Positions 30,893 to 44,213 of a stretch of DNA of 64,000 nucleotides are shown here, piece by piece (the stretch's first letter is position 1; each line of letters starts with the position of its first letter). The position numbers and the translations under genes are program-made. The notes under the pieces are model-generated. The model had not been told where the DNA came from. It ran no database searches and saw only the letters and a program-made list of their open reading frames with translations. Source of the stretch: Chrysomallon squamiferum (Eukaryota; Animalia; Mollusca); the NCBI GenBank assembly GCA_012295275.1, contig CM022665.1:38502001-38566000 (forward strand). The letters run 5' to 3'.

Positions 30893-31847
30893 ACATTTAT
30901 TATTAAAAAAAATTAAAAAACTTTTAAAAATTGATTCTCGAATATCATGATTACATGATAGAGTTTGATCAAGCTAATATCTGCGGCGAGTTTTTTTTTT
31001 CTTCTTTTATTTTCTTTTATTTTTTTTTGAAGTCTGTCAGGGTGGCCTGGAGATTCGATCAGCCAGAACTTTACATCTTCTTCATCTAGTCGACCAAGGC
31101 ATTCAAAGACGACTCATGTCCTTTGCAGTATAATTAAACTCCTTGAGACTTTTCCGAGCGATTTAACCAGAGGAATAGACAACACAACTGCGAGGTATAG
31201 GCGATAACACACCGACGAAACACCGCCGGTCATCGGTGCATGCTGGGGATGTTTTCCCAGACTACAGATCGTCAATTGGTATTAGAGACGCTGTTTTCTC
31301 TGTTTGTCACTGTAATTAACGACTACTGTTAGAACTAGAGAAAAAAAAAAAAAAAAAAAAAAAAAAATGAACACAGGGTAGCAGTTAGATAGACATTTTG
31401 ATGTAGTGAATACTAGGCGGGGACGTGTCTGTTATGTTTAAGCAGTGTGGTGAAGTGGAGTTTGTTTAAGTTTGTGTGTTATTTGCGTATTACGAGAACG
31501 AGCCCTACGCTGGGTCGCGTTCAAACGGTGATGACACACACACACACAGCTTGAGAAGACTCGCAGAAGAAGAGTTTAAAGACGGCTGACTTCAATAGAA
31601 CTGTGTGTGTTGGATATGTACCCTCTGTGTGATCTGCGCCGGTATTCGGGTGTGAATGTCTGTGTGAATGTATGTGTGCATTTGCGCATCTCTGTCTGTT
31701 TGTGTGTGTAAGTATGTATTTGTATGTGTGTGTACGTTTGTCAACAGTTTGAAACTACAGATACAAGAACATAATCATCTCTATCGTCTACAAGGCACGA
31801 ATCATTTGGCTTCGCCTCGGTCAAATTATTGTGCCTACAACAGAGCT

Positions 31848-31872
31848 AATAATAATAATAATAATAATAATA

Positions 31873-31919
<47 letters not shown>

Positions 31920-31933
31920 AGTAGTAGTAGTAG
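31848..31933. repeat. Compound (AAT)n(GAT)n(AGT)n microsatellite
   Basis: Direct inspection. Confidence 0.93.
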
Positions 31934-32049
31934 TTGAAATAGTGATAATGATAATAATAACAATAAACAACCAGTACAGAATATGAGATAACACACACAG
32001 TGGTTGTTCATATATAGAAGCTTTGAAGAGCCTCAATGCATAGTAATAA

Positions 32050-32255
32050 TTTTATTGAACTACACAGACATATAGTTGTTTTCAGCACCTTTTAATATTA
32101 ACGTCTATTAGCTAATAAACATATGTTTCTTGCACAATGACGTCACTCAAGGGATTTTCTGCGTGCACTTTGTCGCAAACAGAGCAACAGACACTAATGA
32201 CTTTGACAAACTATTCGTGGGACACTGTTTGGAACGGGAAATAGTCTAACTATGG
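32050..32255 (-). mobile_element. Degenerate SINE-like dispersed repeat fragment (same family, reverse orientation)
   Basis: Reverse complement ctatttcccgttccaaacagtgtcccacgaatagtttgtcaaag...aaaatcccttg aligns by eye with 55683-55720 and 23670-23725. Confidence 0.5.
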
Positions 32256-32473
32256 AGAACACACTTTGTTATTCGTTAAGCCATCTACAGCCCTACTCAG
32301 TTCATTAACGCTACCAATGTGTAATTCCACTTTTAAAGTACAAAAGAAATTAAATACAAGAAAAACAAACACCTCCAAAACCCACACAAAAACAAAAATC
32401 TACAAAAAACATCCCCACCCCAAATTTTTTTTTTTTTTTTTAAATCATTTAGATTAGCAATAGCAAATTAACG

Positions 32474-32510
<37 letters not shown>

Positions 32511-33986
32511 ATTTATGCTCAGTATACCTTGTTTTTTTCTGTTTTTTTTTTTTCAGATAAACGTACCCACAAACAGTCATGTGAAAGAATAATTAATTAT
32601 AAACCAAGACCGGCAGTTTACATACGTTAAGTACAGGATCGACACAGTTATTCACTTTAACCTATTTTTCAAGGTCTAATTAATACTGAGTACCTGAATA
32701 TGATGTCCGAAAGACATTATTATATTTAATGTAATTGATCTGTCCACACGCTTTTATTTAGACTGTACTTGTAAGCAAACGTGTTAATGATCGTATTATA
32801 CGTATAAGGAGATAACTAAAATTCTTAGATGTTTGTATTGAATTTCTATTGCGAAACATCACACTTTACTGATATGACGAAAGGTCGCAATAGTAAATGA
32901 CATTTATGGAAAATATGACACCCCCAGTATTATGGCAGAGGGCTGATATACTATCAGACATGACTGCGCACATTTTCGCTATTGAAACGAATATTCGCGC
33001 ATCGTAGAACATTGACGTATATGTGTCAAAATATTATCGTGTTAGAAGCGATGTTTATATTGTTTGGTTGTTGTTTTTTTGAGAAATAATGTGTTCTTTC
33101 TATGTAGTAAAAAAAAAAAAAAAAAAAAAAAAAAGAAGTAAGAAGAAATTTATGAGAAAACACATAATAAAATGAAATAGCCGAAAGAAGAAGAAAAAAG
33201 AAAGAAAGAAAGAAAGTAAGAAAAACAAGAAGAAAAAAGAAAGAAAGAAAGAAAGAAAGTAAGAAAAACAAGAAGAAAAAGAAAACAAAAAAGTTTCTTA
33301 ATGGACGAATCCTCCCGAATACAGAAGTAATCACTGAAATGCCTGAACTGAAAATCTATTCTTTCCTGTTGTTTTCTATATTAAGTTAATTTTATTTTTC
33401 TGAATTAATGCAATAACTTAAAACACTTTAGTTTAATGAAACTTAATAAGTATGTGATTTTCATAGTTTAAACAACAATGGTTTTTTTTTGGACATAATA
33501 ACTTCATGGTATGTGTGCATGAGCGTGCAAGGAAGAATAATAATAATAATAATAAAAAATTGTAATAGTTAAACATTTGTTCATTCATTAACTCATTCCA
33601 CTATACCTATGTATAATACCCAGTACATATAAGTTTTTAAAAATTTATTTATTAAGTTATTCGTTCTTTGATTAGTTCGCTCGTGCTTTTATTCTTTCAG
33701 ATATTCACTCTAGTATATATAATCATATTTCAAGTGACTAACATTATGTTTTGTTTAGTATAAACAAGAAGATTACTGTTTCACCAATGCAACCACTTGT
33801 AACATTTTTTACGTCAGTCGAAATTCGGTCGTCTGCTCAGGCCATTTTCGGCGCTAATGTGCTAGAAAGTCGGCTGCTTCGTACCTGCTATTACCTTTTG
33901 ATAAAACAGTCAATGGGATGATGATGATGATATTATATTAAATAAATAGATACAATTTACAAATAATAATGATGATGATGATGATG

Positions 33987-34031
<45 letters not shown>

Positions 34032-34078
34032 TAAATAAAATAAATAAAATAAATAAAATAAAATAAATAAATAAATGG

Positions 34079-34125
<47 letters not shown>

Positions 34126-36593
34126 CCACCCATACCCACACTCACACACACACACACACACACACACAAACGAAAAACTAGATTTCTTTGAACTGTCGTG
34201 AATGCAGTACATGTATTAACTCTTGTCTGGACGACAATACACATTTACTTGGGTTTTTAAATTTTTTCTTTTTTTTTCTTTTAAAAATCAAATAAATGCT
34301 ACAACGGATACAATAACAGGAATACGTGATGGAAAAAGAGGACACTAGAGTTTCTGCTGCAACTTGACAGCGGCGATTGCCGTCTGGACATGGAGAAGAA
34401 GACAAAAATATCCGCGGCGGTAGACCGCTTTTGATTTTGGAAACCGATACGACACCCGCGCGCCCACTCCTCACGAAACATTCAGACTGTTAAATCGTGT
34501 CGTAAATGTTTGTAATCAAGTATTTGAAAGTTATGTGGTGTTTCACTCAGCCAAGCTGATATTTTCTGTTGATATACGTGTTGAATTTCGAATCGAACAA
34601 AACAGGAATATTGTCCACGGCAACACTATCTCAAATGGAACAGGGCGGCATGTTTGAACACTCGTTTCGTTCAAAAAATGAACGTGATTTAAACTTAATT
34701 TGACCGTTTACGTCGCGTAACTTTCTACTGTTAGAGCGAACCACGGGTCAGGTGAAGACATAAAATGAAATCACTTTTATTGTGTCGTACTTAACTGCTA
34801 ACATGCGTCATAGTGGTTTCTTATAAATATTGACAGTTGAATTAAAAAAAAAAAAAATTATAATAATAAGAATAAGAATAATAAGAATTTAAAAAAAATA
34901 AAAATAAAAAACATTAAAAACCGTCACAAGTATTGTTTGGTTGTTTTTGATTCCGTTCTTTGTTACCTTTTTATGTTTTATACTTTTTCGAAGCTCACCG
35001 GACCCATACATTTTTTTGTCTTACTTTTATTGCACATTCATTTTTTACTTTTTTTTAAATTTTAATTTTATATATTTTATGCCTTTCTTTTTCTCCCCCC
35101 CTCTCCAGATTATCATTTAAATAAAATAATATATATATTTTTTATTTTATAATTTCTTGAGAAGAAAAGAAATTTTTTAAAATATTTATTATTATTATTT
35201 TTTTTTTATTGGTAATAAAACGTATATTTTATACTTGCTAAATGTAATTACATATTAATATGCTTACAAAACAGTAAAAGCGAATAGAAACTAAAGACAA
35301 ACAGCATGCATTTGGAAAACAATAAGACATTATATTTATTTTACGGGGTAAAAAGACATATAAAAATTAAAATAATAAAAAATAAATAAATAAAATATTT
35401 ATAAAAAAAAAGAGAAGAAAAAAAAAGAAAGAAAGAGAGAAAACTCAACGATATAAAAACTCAGCATTAGGTCAGTGACTTTGAAAAGAGAGAAAATGTC
35501 AAAACAGACCAGTACTAACTGAAAACATTCAACATCTGTGACAACATCTTGTTTGTGAACGTCGCAGTAGGGGGAACTACGCTTGTTACCCACAAGTAAA
35601 TGAGGTGAGAAACAGATGACACTTTTTTTTTACATCAAATAAAATTAATATTGTTCGCATTTAAACAGGTATTGCATAAAACTGCAGGGTATATTCTTTG
35701 CATACGTCGTTTGTCATAAAGCCTATCTAGCAAACGACAGAAGCTATTGACGTCAAGATTTGTGCCGTCTGCTAGGGTGCGCGCGCTTAGCAGACGAACT
35801 CAATGGCGAGCATCGGTTTACACGTTTTGCTAGATTAATATAAAACGCTCTGTTATAATGATATAATTTTTTGGGGGAATACCACATTTTTATTTATGAT
35901 AACATACTTTATTTCCTTTTTTTTCGTCTTCTCAAGTATTAGATTTTTGGTGTCTTTTGGTTTTGTTGATGTTTTTTCTGTAATAAATTTTAAATTAAAA
36001 CCATTTTTAAGCTAAACGTTGCATGAACCTAACAGTATAATAATAAATGAGAATAAAAATAAGTGAATATAATAAATAACTAAATAAATATAATTAAAAA
36101 AATATATATATTCAAAGAAAAAATAGTAACAAAAAAAAAATAATAATTTATGAGTAAAAAAGAAACGAATATATTTCGTCTACAGAAACAATTATAATAA
36201 AAAATAGTATCTGTCGCGGTATTAATTACTTTTTAAACTATGAGATAAAATATACATTATATATGCACATAAAATAAACATAAAAAATATATATAAACAA
36301 TGGCTTACTTTTATGTACGTAAAAGAAACGAGACAACAACTCTTTATATATTAAAGAGTACATTTAGTGACACAAACAGTCTAAATATAGATATTTTTAT
36401 ATATCTAAGTTATTGTTTGGGGCTATCAGTGTTATCAGTTAATAAAGTATGACAACAAATATTTTGTTTTACATTTTTGGCATATATAATTATATGTGCA
36501 GTAGGAAGAGAGATAAAAAAGAATGATAGAAACACAAACAGAAAAAAATACAGAGACAGAGTCAGAGATAGATAGATGGATATACAGACAGAC

Positions 36594-36713
<120 letters not shown>

Positions 36714-37065
36714 GCAATTAAGTTAAAATAAAACTCTGGTCAAACGTTACATGAACCACACAAGATGACAGACGTATCCTATGTTAATAGGGGAATTTTA
36801 CATCTCATTTGCTAACAAACGTCAGGCGAACGCTCATCATTGACATATTAAAGGGAAATAATATCTTTCAGTGTAACATTGTTTCTTACCCGGCTTAGCT
36901 TTCACCGAACAGACCATCTTTGGTATTACGTGTCTGAATCTGTAATATTATATCACTGGCCTTTTTCAAAGATGTCGGTTTATGACGTATATGAAGGTAA
37001 TATTATTCACTGCTTGTCAAGATTCAGATTATGTCTGAAAAGGCAAAAAGGAGTTAGAGTAAAAG

Positions 37066-37111
<46 letters not shown>

Positions 37112-37160
37112 TTGTGTGTCTATGTGTATGTGTCTGAGAGAGATAAAGATATTGACAGAC

Positions 37161-37195
<35 letters not shown>

Positions 37196-37658
37196 CAGAG
37201 ACAGAGGGAGAGTAAATCTTTTAAAATACCTATATATGTTTTCGTATACACATTAAATAAATATAAAATATACCAGATTACCCATCTTCCTTTCAGATTG
37301 CTTTATATATTGCAGTTTAATTTACTGGACGAACGAGCAAGAGAAGTTTTTTATCCGTTACAGGTCCACTGATGCATGTATGACGAATTGAATTTAAAAT
37401 TTCAAAGAAGCCAAAGACATTTGTTTTCAATGGGTAAAGGAACTGAGAGATATTCAATCCAACTGTATTTTCACAGTTCAGGTAATACTGACTAAGGAAA
37501 GTGCTAAAAGAACACAACAGAAAGAAGAAAAACATCAACAACAACAACAACAACAAAAAAACAGATCAAGAATTGGAGAAGTGATTTTCTGTATTCCCAA
37601 CAGACTACTTGTTTCGTGAAAAAAAAGAAAGAAAAAAAAAAAAAAAAAAAGGAAATGA

Positions 37659-37689
<31 letters not shown>

Positions 37690-38211
37690 GAGAAGGGGAA
37701 ATAAGCAAAGAAAAAAACTCGGCACTTCTGTTTATTTTGAATTTAAATAATAGGTGATCATGCACTTGGTAACTGGGCTGTTATAGTGCATTACATACAA
37801 ATAATTATTCGAAGTTGATTATTGATATATCATGCGTTGCAAATAATTTAAAAATAAAGTCATTCGGGTGAATTTTGTGAAGCACGTAGCCAAGGAGAAA
37901 TAAGAAAAGGGTACAATGAATGGATAAAAATCTCGAATCAGTTCTTAATAAGAAAAATAATTAGATTATTGGAGAGGACTATTCTTAATATTTGAGTCAG
38001 CGAACTGAGTTTAATGTATTGTATTCGTGCATCAAATCATTGTTCGAAACCTTCCTTAGTACATGAAGTTTATGAAACTTTGAAATTTCTTTGTTCGTTT
38101 TTGTATTCTTTATGTTTCTGGATTTTCTGGATGATACATACATACTTACATACAAACGTATGTATATATGTATGCATGCACATACGTATGTATGAGCATT
38201 GTTGTACATGC

Positions 38212-38250
<39 letters not shown>

Positions 38251-40770
38251 TGCAGTGAGAGTATGCATATACAAATATATATTTATGTGTTTGTTTATAT
38301 ATGTATGCATGTATGTATTATATATGTGTGTGTGTGTGCGCGCGTATGCGTGAGTATGCATGTATTTACACTTATGCAATATGTCATGAGAACCTATTAG
38401 AAACTTAGAAGCAGAATTCATCTAAGAATATTATCAGACCGCTAACAAAACTTCTGATATCAGGGTTTTTTTCATTACTGAAACCGTTATTAGCATTCAA
38501 GACGTTGCTGGGTATTTGACGATTTGCAATCCAAAAGTGTCGTATCTCCACTTAATGTCAACAAGGAAAACGATCTGTTAAATCAAAGTCCTTCTTATGA
38601 TTATTAATGGCCTGTGTACTAAATCGCTATTCATATGCATTGCTTTATCACATATTCATTGGTTTAATCCAGTGTGTACAGTGAGATTAATAAACTTTGG
38701 ATATGATACTGACATGAATTATGGAACACTGAAAAGTCATTCATGCACGACACCTGATAACTCATTCATGTGTTTTAATACTGATTCGTATTCTAAAGAA
38801 CTGCTAGGTCAGACGTATACGTTCTTAATTAAATTTCGAGTTTGGTTTAGCTGGGTCGCCGATATAACGAATATAGATCGGCTTGCGTGATTGTCATTTG
38901 TTCTTATTTTAATTACACCTATCGGATTTACAATGACATGGCATTTCACAATGTATCAGAGGAACAATGTATTTTGTATTAGCCGTCATTTAGCGTGCTA
39001 GATTAATTTCACACTGATTTATAATTGTTACGAATGCTTAATGACAATAGCCTCTTTATTATGTAGATCCAGATTGACATTTATTTAATTTTTTTTTTGA
39101 GGGTTTCTGTTATATTGCTTTTTCATTAACTTGAGTAAGCTATTTTTCATTTCTTTATACTAACCGAAATTTTTACAGTCGTTACGCGGATCGAACAATA
39201 GTTCTCATAAAATATATCTCCATATATTTTTTTTCTTTCTTTTCAGATCATCATAATTTGGAAACTAGGCTGCTGGTTCTCTTTTCAAAAATATTCAAGC
39301 ATCTTGCTATATCTTTATTTGTGATATTTTCTAATTCACGCAAAGCCCCATGACTCGCTCACACTAAAGTATATTATATGACCCCCAGTCTACGACGCCA
39401 TGAATTACGTCACAGGGGAGCTGTTGAGCTCAGTCTGTATTTTACTTCATAAATCATGGAAAGTCTTTCAGTTCTACGTTTCTTATTAATCCTGACAGAC
39501 CCTGCTTCGTAATCGGTAATTTTTATGGCTCATTAATAACTAAATTCGTTGTAACCAGAGAAAAAAGATGCTTCTAATGACAGTACCCTATGCTGAGACG
39601 AATCAGCCACACAGCTTCATATTTTCGTACATTAACACCTGAAGCCAATCCGAATCAATAGTGCTTTTCATGTTAAAAATTAATACATAAATAGCTTGTC
39701 GGTGATGATTTATTGCATTCAGCTGTAAAAAAAAAAAAGTGTGGTGGAACAGAAAGAAAAAGTGTTTGTGAAAGACTGGAAATTGTTATTTCTGACAATA
39801 CTAATAATAAAACCGGTAGAATAACAATAATAACCGATTTCATTAGATTTTTAAACGAAAAGTAAAGTTTTTAAAGAGTTACTGATGCGTACAAAAACTT
39901 TACATCTATACCAATAGAGAACTCACAGTAAGGAATCTTTTGAAATGATTCTTATCACAATAACTTTTTTGATAAGTTACATCAGCGACAAAAGTTAGTT
40001 AAAACAATCTATCTCTCTCTCTCTCTCTTATCTCTGAGTGTCTCATAAATACAGGCAAAGGAATATAAACAAACCAACAAACATACACACTTACAAAACA
40101 ACAAAACAAGAAACGAAAATGAAAATAATATAATATAAAATAATACACTATAACTGTCCCAACGGATTTCGACTATGATGCACTCACAAACAATAATGAA
40201 ATCCAAGTATCGTACAGTTTATATATGTACGTCTAACAGTTGGGTTTATTCAGGTGATTATGGTCCAAAGGTACCATAATAAATTAACGAAATGTATGAA
40301 TGTAGGCAGCCTTTCTAAGCAAACAATTTACAAAGTATCATATTGATTTCTCTTCTGCTATCCTAGTTAATACTCGTCTTATCTTATATTACTTGTATCG
40401 TTATTAGATAGAGACAACAATTTCGTTTTTACGTTTGGGTCATACAAAATGGTGAAATTCGAGAAATGCCAGGTGTTATGGTCATTAATCCTACCTGATA
40501 CAAGTGGAAGTTTTCATGACCGAATTCATTTAGATTAGTTTACGTATTATTGATTCACTATTGCTATTATTATCGACATGTTTTGTGAGTAAAAATACGT
40601 CCAATACTGTTTATGGATTAAAAAGAAGAATAAGGAAAAAAATACAAGTTTTCAAGGTGAAGACTGTATATGTTTTAAAAAGAAGAAGAAGAAGAAAAGG
40701 CTTGTTGATGATGGTGGTCCATCACTGTATAACAAAAAATGTAAACCGTAAGACTGTGTGACCGTTAGAC

Positions 40771-41008
<238 letters not shown>

Positions 41009-41365
41009 GCAGATCGTCTTTTAGAATAAGTATTATAATTTACACAAATAGTATAACAAAATAAAATAATTTATTACAACATAAAGAAAGATTAGAAAAC
41101 GAAGTTCTGTCTTCCATTTACACAAGTAATTTCTCTTTTGGGTTTTACTGATGATAATCCGTATTGACAAAGTGAACTGACATGAATATTTTTCATTAGA
41201 CATTTCGTTCATCCTACTCCGTGCGAAAATGTAACAGACCCTTTCCCTGGGGTGGTGAGGTCGGGTACGATTGCAGTGTCAAGGACCCGCAATGTCATTT
41301 TTGTATGTAAGAAGATTGATTTACGTATAATGCTAAGAAAGGTGCTTTCAGAGATTAGGATTCAT

Positions 41366-41429
<64 letters not shown>

Positions 41430-42287
41430 TTAATAATAATAAATAAATAAATAATAATAAAAATTAAAAAAACCCATATAAACTTGCACTCTACGTACAA
41501 ATCTGTGTCAGTGTGAGCAGAAGTACATTTCAAATGCAAGACTGCACATGCAGCTCTACATTGCTGTTTGGTTGTAATTCAGAATAAATGTTATTCTTGA
41601 ATGCGTAGAAATTTCCTTTGTTCTTCCAGCAACCCTCTGTTTATTTGTTAGCTTGTTAGGTTTGATGTATATAAAAAGGTAGACTAATGTTATTAGAAGG
41701 AAAAACTGCATTAACGTCGTTGGAGTGCTTTCTGAAAATACAAGCTTAAAATATTGGGCTCAGTTTTTATTTGTGCACTACAGTTTATAAAATGATAGCA
41801 CAAATGTGCATTAAATAAAAGGCCAGTTTTTTCACACTTGTTTGTGTCCATTATGCATCTGTAGCATATAAAAATACTTAATTTAATATATAAAACGTTG
41901 AAGTGACTTTGTGAATATAATCGTTTCAGATAGATTTTCATTATATTTCATTTATTCGATGTAACAAATACCAGAATAGTTATTAAACGGAAATACTTTA
42001 TATTTAGCTAAAATGCTATTAATACTAGCTAACAATAAAATGAAAAATAAAAATTATTAAAAAATTATTTCAAAATTTCAAAATTTTCATTTTACTTTCA
42101 CTTTGAACACTGTGTCTAATTTAGTCTGTGACTGATTTCCTATCTACCTACCTTTTCCCTTTCTGTCAGTTTATATATCAGTGAATCTATTTATCTATTT
42201 GTCCTTATTGTTATTTTTTCTATGTCACACTGTCATATATTCTTTCGCTGTCTCTTTTTCTCGCTCTCTCTGTTATACATACATACA

Positions 42288-42289
<2 letters not shown>

Positions 42290-42374
<85 letters not shown>
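42290..42374. repeat. (TC)n microsatellite
   Basis: Direct inspection. Confidence 0.95.
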
Positions 42375-42377
<3 letters not shown>

Positions 42378-43452
42378 ACAAGTAATTTCCTTTACGCACA
42401 TACAGACACACACCCATGTAAATAATACATACATAATATTCAGACAAAAAACTCAAGTACATAAAGTCCTTAATGCTTAAACAAAACATGGCTTTTCGGT
42501 GAGTTTCGGCGCCTACAACAGCAGCCATTTGGTTTTACTCTTTTTTAAGTGAGGCAATAAAAGCAGTTGTGATACGTACTGTTGTTCGAGATACCGATTC
42601 TTGTCTTTTGTTGTTTGACACAAATGATGTATATGGCTGTCCTATGGTTTTGGTGGATCAAATATGCATCATATTGTGTAATACGATATATTTGCATTGG
42701 AAATCAAAACATAAGCCGTTCTAGCTGCCATTATTTTCGTGTTTTGCAAAAATAGGTTTTAAATCTAGTTTGGCACGATTTCTGCGGGATTAAAATTGTC
42801 TCACATTTCCGTATCGTAAATGCTATTCAACAGTATCAAGTGACGTATTGACTCTATGTCCGTGCGGTAGTTTAGATCGTTTCGATATTTACACTTAAAA
42901 TATGCCCAAAAGCAACGTACGAATCTGTAGAAGGGTGTTTATATTGCTAAAAAATATCTGTCACTTTTGACATCTAGTAGATGGGTTATAATGGACATTC
43001 GACCATAACAATAACACGCGACCTTGCTCATATGAAACCCTGTAGAGTGGTCATTCTCGTTCATTAATGAGCCCAAAACAGTATCGTCGCCGTCTGGTAG
43101 AATTTGTTAACAGGCTTGATGCGAATGCGTAAGGCGTAATAAACGATCAGACACATGAAACCAACACACCCCTTTAGGCCTGTCGAGAGAAAAAATAAAA
43201 AATACATGTTAACTTCTTCTTCGTCTTCTTCTTTTTTTGTTTTGTTTTGTTTTGCTTTTTGGGGGTTTTTTGGTGTTTGTTTTTTTGTGTTTGTTTTTGA
43301 AGTTTAATACTGGATGATTGTTAATAAGGCCTTCCTATCGTTTCCAGTCACTGTCCTTTCATTAACAAAAGAAAGACGTATTGGAAAGTAATCGAATCTC
43401 TTGTTAGATCGTTAGGATAATAAATAAATAAAAACATAATATATATATGAAC

Positions 43453-43469
43453 GTATGTATGTATGTATG

Positions 43470-43541
<72 letters not shown>

Positions 43542-43651
43542 TGTATATATATATATATATATATAGATAGATAGATAGATAGATAGATATATCTATGTCT
43601 GTATCTATCTACTACTACTACTACTACTACCAAATAAAACATTTACAAAAA

Positions 43652-43690
<39 letters not shown>

Positions 43691-43692
43691 AA
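43453..43692. repeat. Compound (GTAT)n/(AT)n/(GATA)n/(CTA)n/(AAAT)n microsatellite
   Basis: Direct inspection. Confidence 0.92.
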
Positions 43693-44182
43693 TAAAGTTT
43701 TTCACTTCAGTTTGTTAATGGCGCGGAGTACTTGAATTAAAGCCTCGAGTCTCCAGAGACGGCGAGGTACGTCTAAAAGAATGAAACCCTCACACGGTGA
43801 CAGAGCAATTACCAAAACTATTACCATAAAACAATATATTACCGCACTTCTAAGTGCACAGGTTTATCACTGACAAATGATGAGGGCTTAATTCATTTCA
43901 TATCTTGCTTATTTGTTTGTTTTGTTTATTAAAATGTCGATTGACAATAATATATAATTATGCTCAGTAAAAACATTACAGTACTGCTGGTATAAAATAC
44001 AATGTCAATTAATCGAGAAAGGCTTATTAGTTACTATAAAAAGTTTTTAAATTATGTTTATCTGTATCTATGTTTTTTCTGTCTGTCTGTCTGTCTACCT
44101 ATCTACTTATCTATCTATCTATCTACCTATATATTTATTTACCTATCTACCAACCAACCTTCCTATCTATCTTATCTCCACC

Positions 44183-44213
<31 letters not shown>

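Noticed and set aside
38597-38890. 97-aa ATG-initiated ORF in unique sequence
   Set aside because: No recognisable motif or exon context; length is compatible with chance
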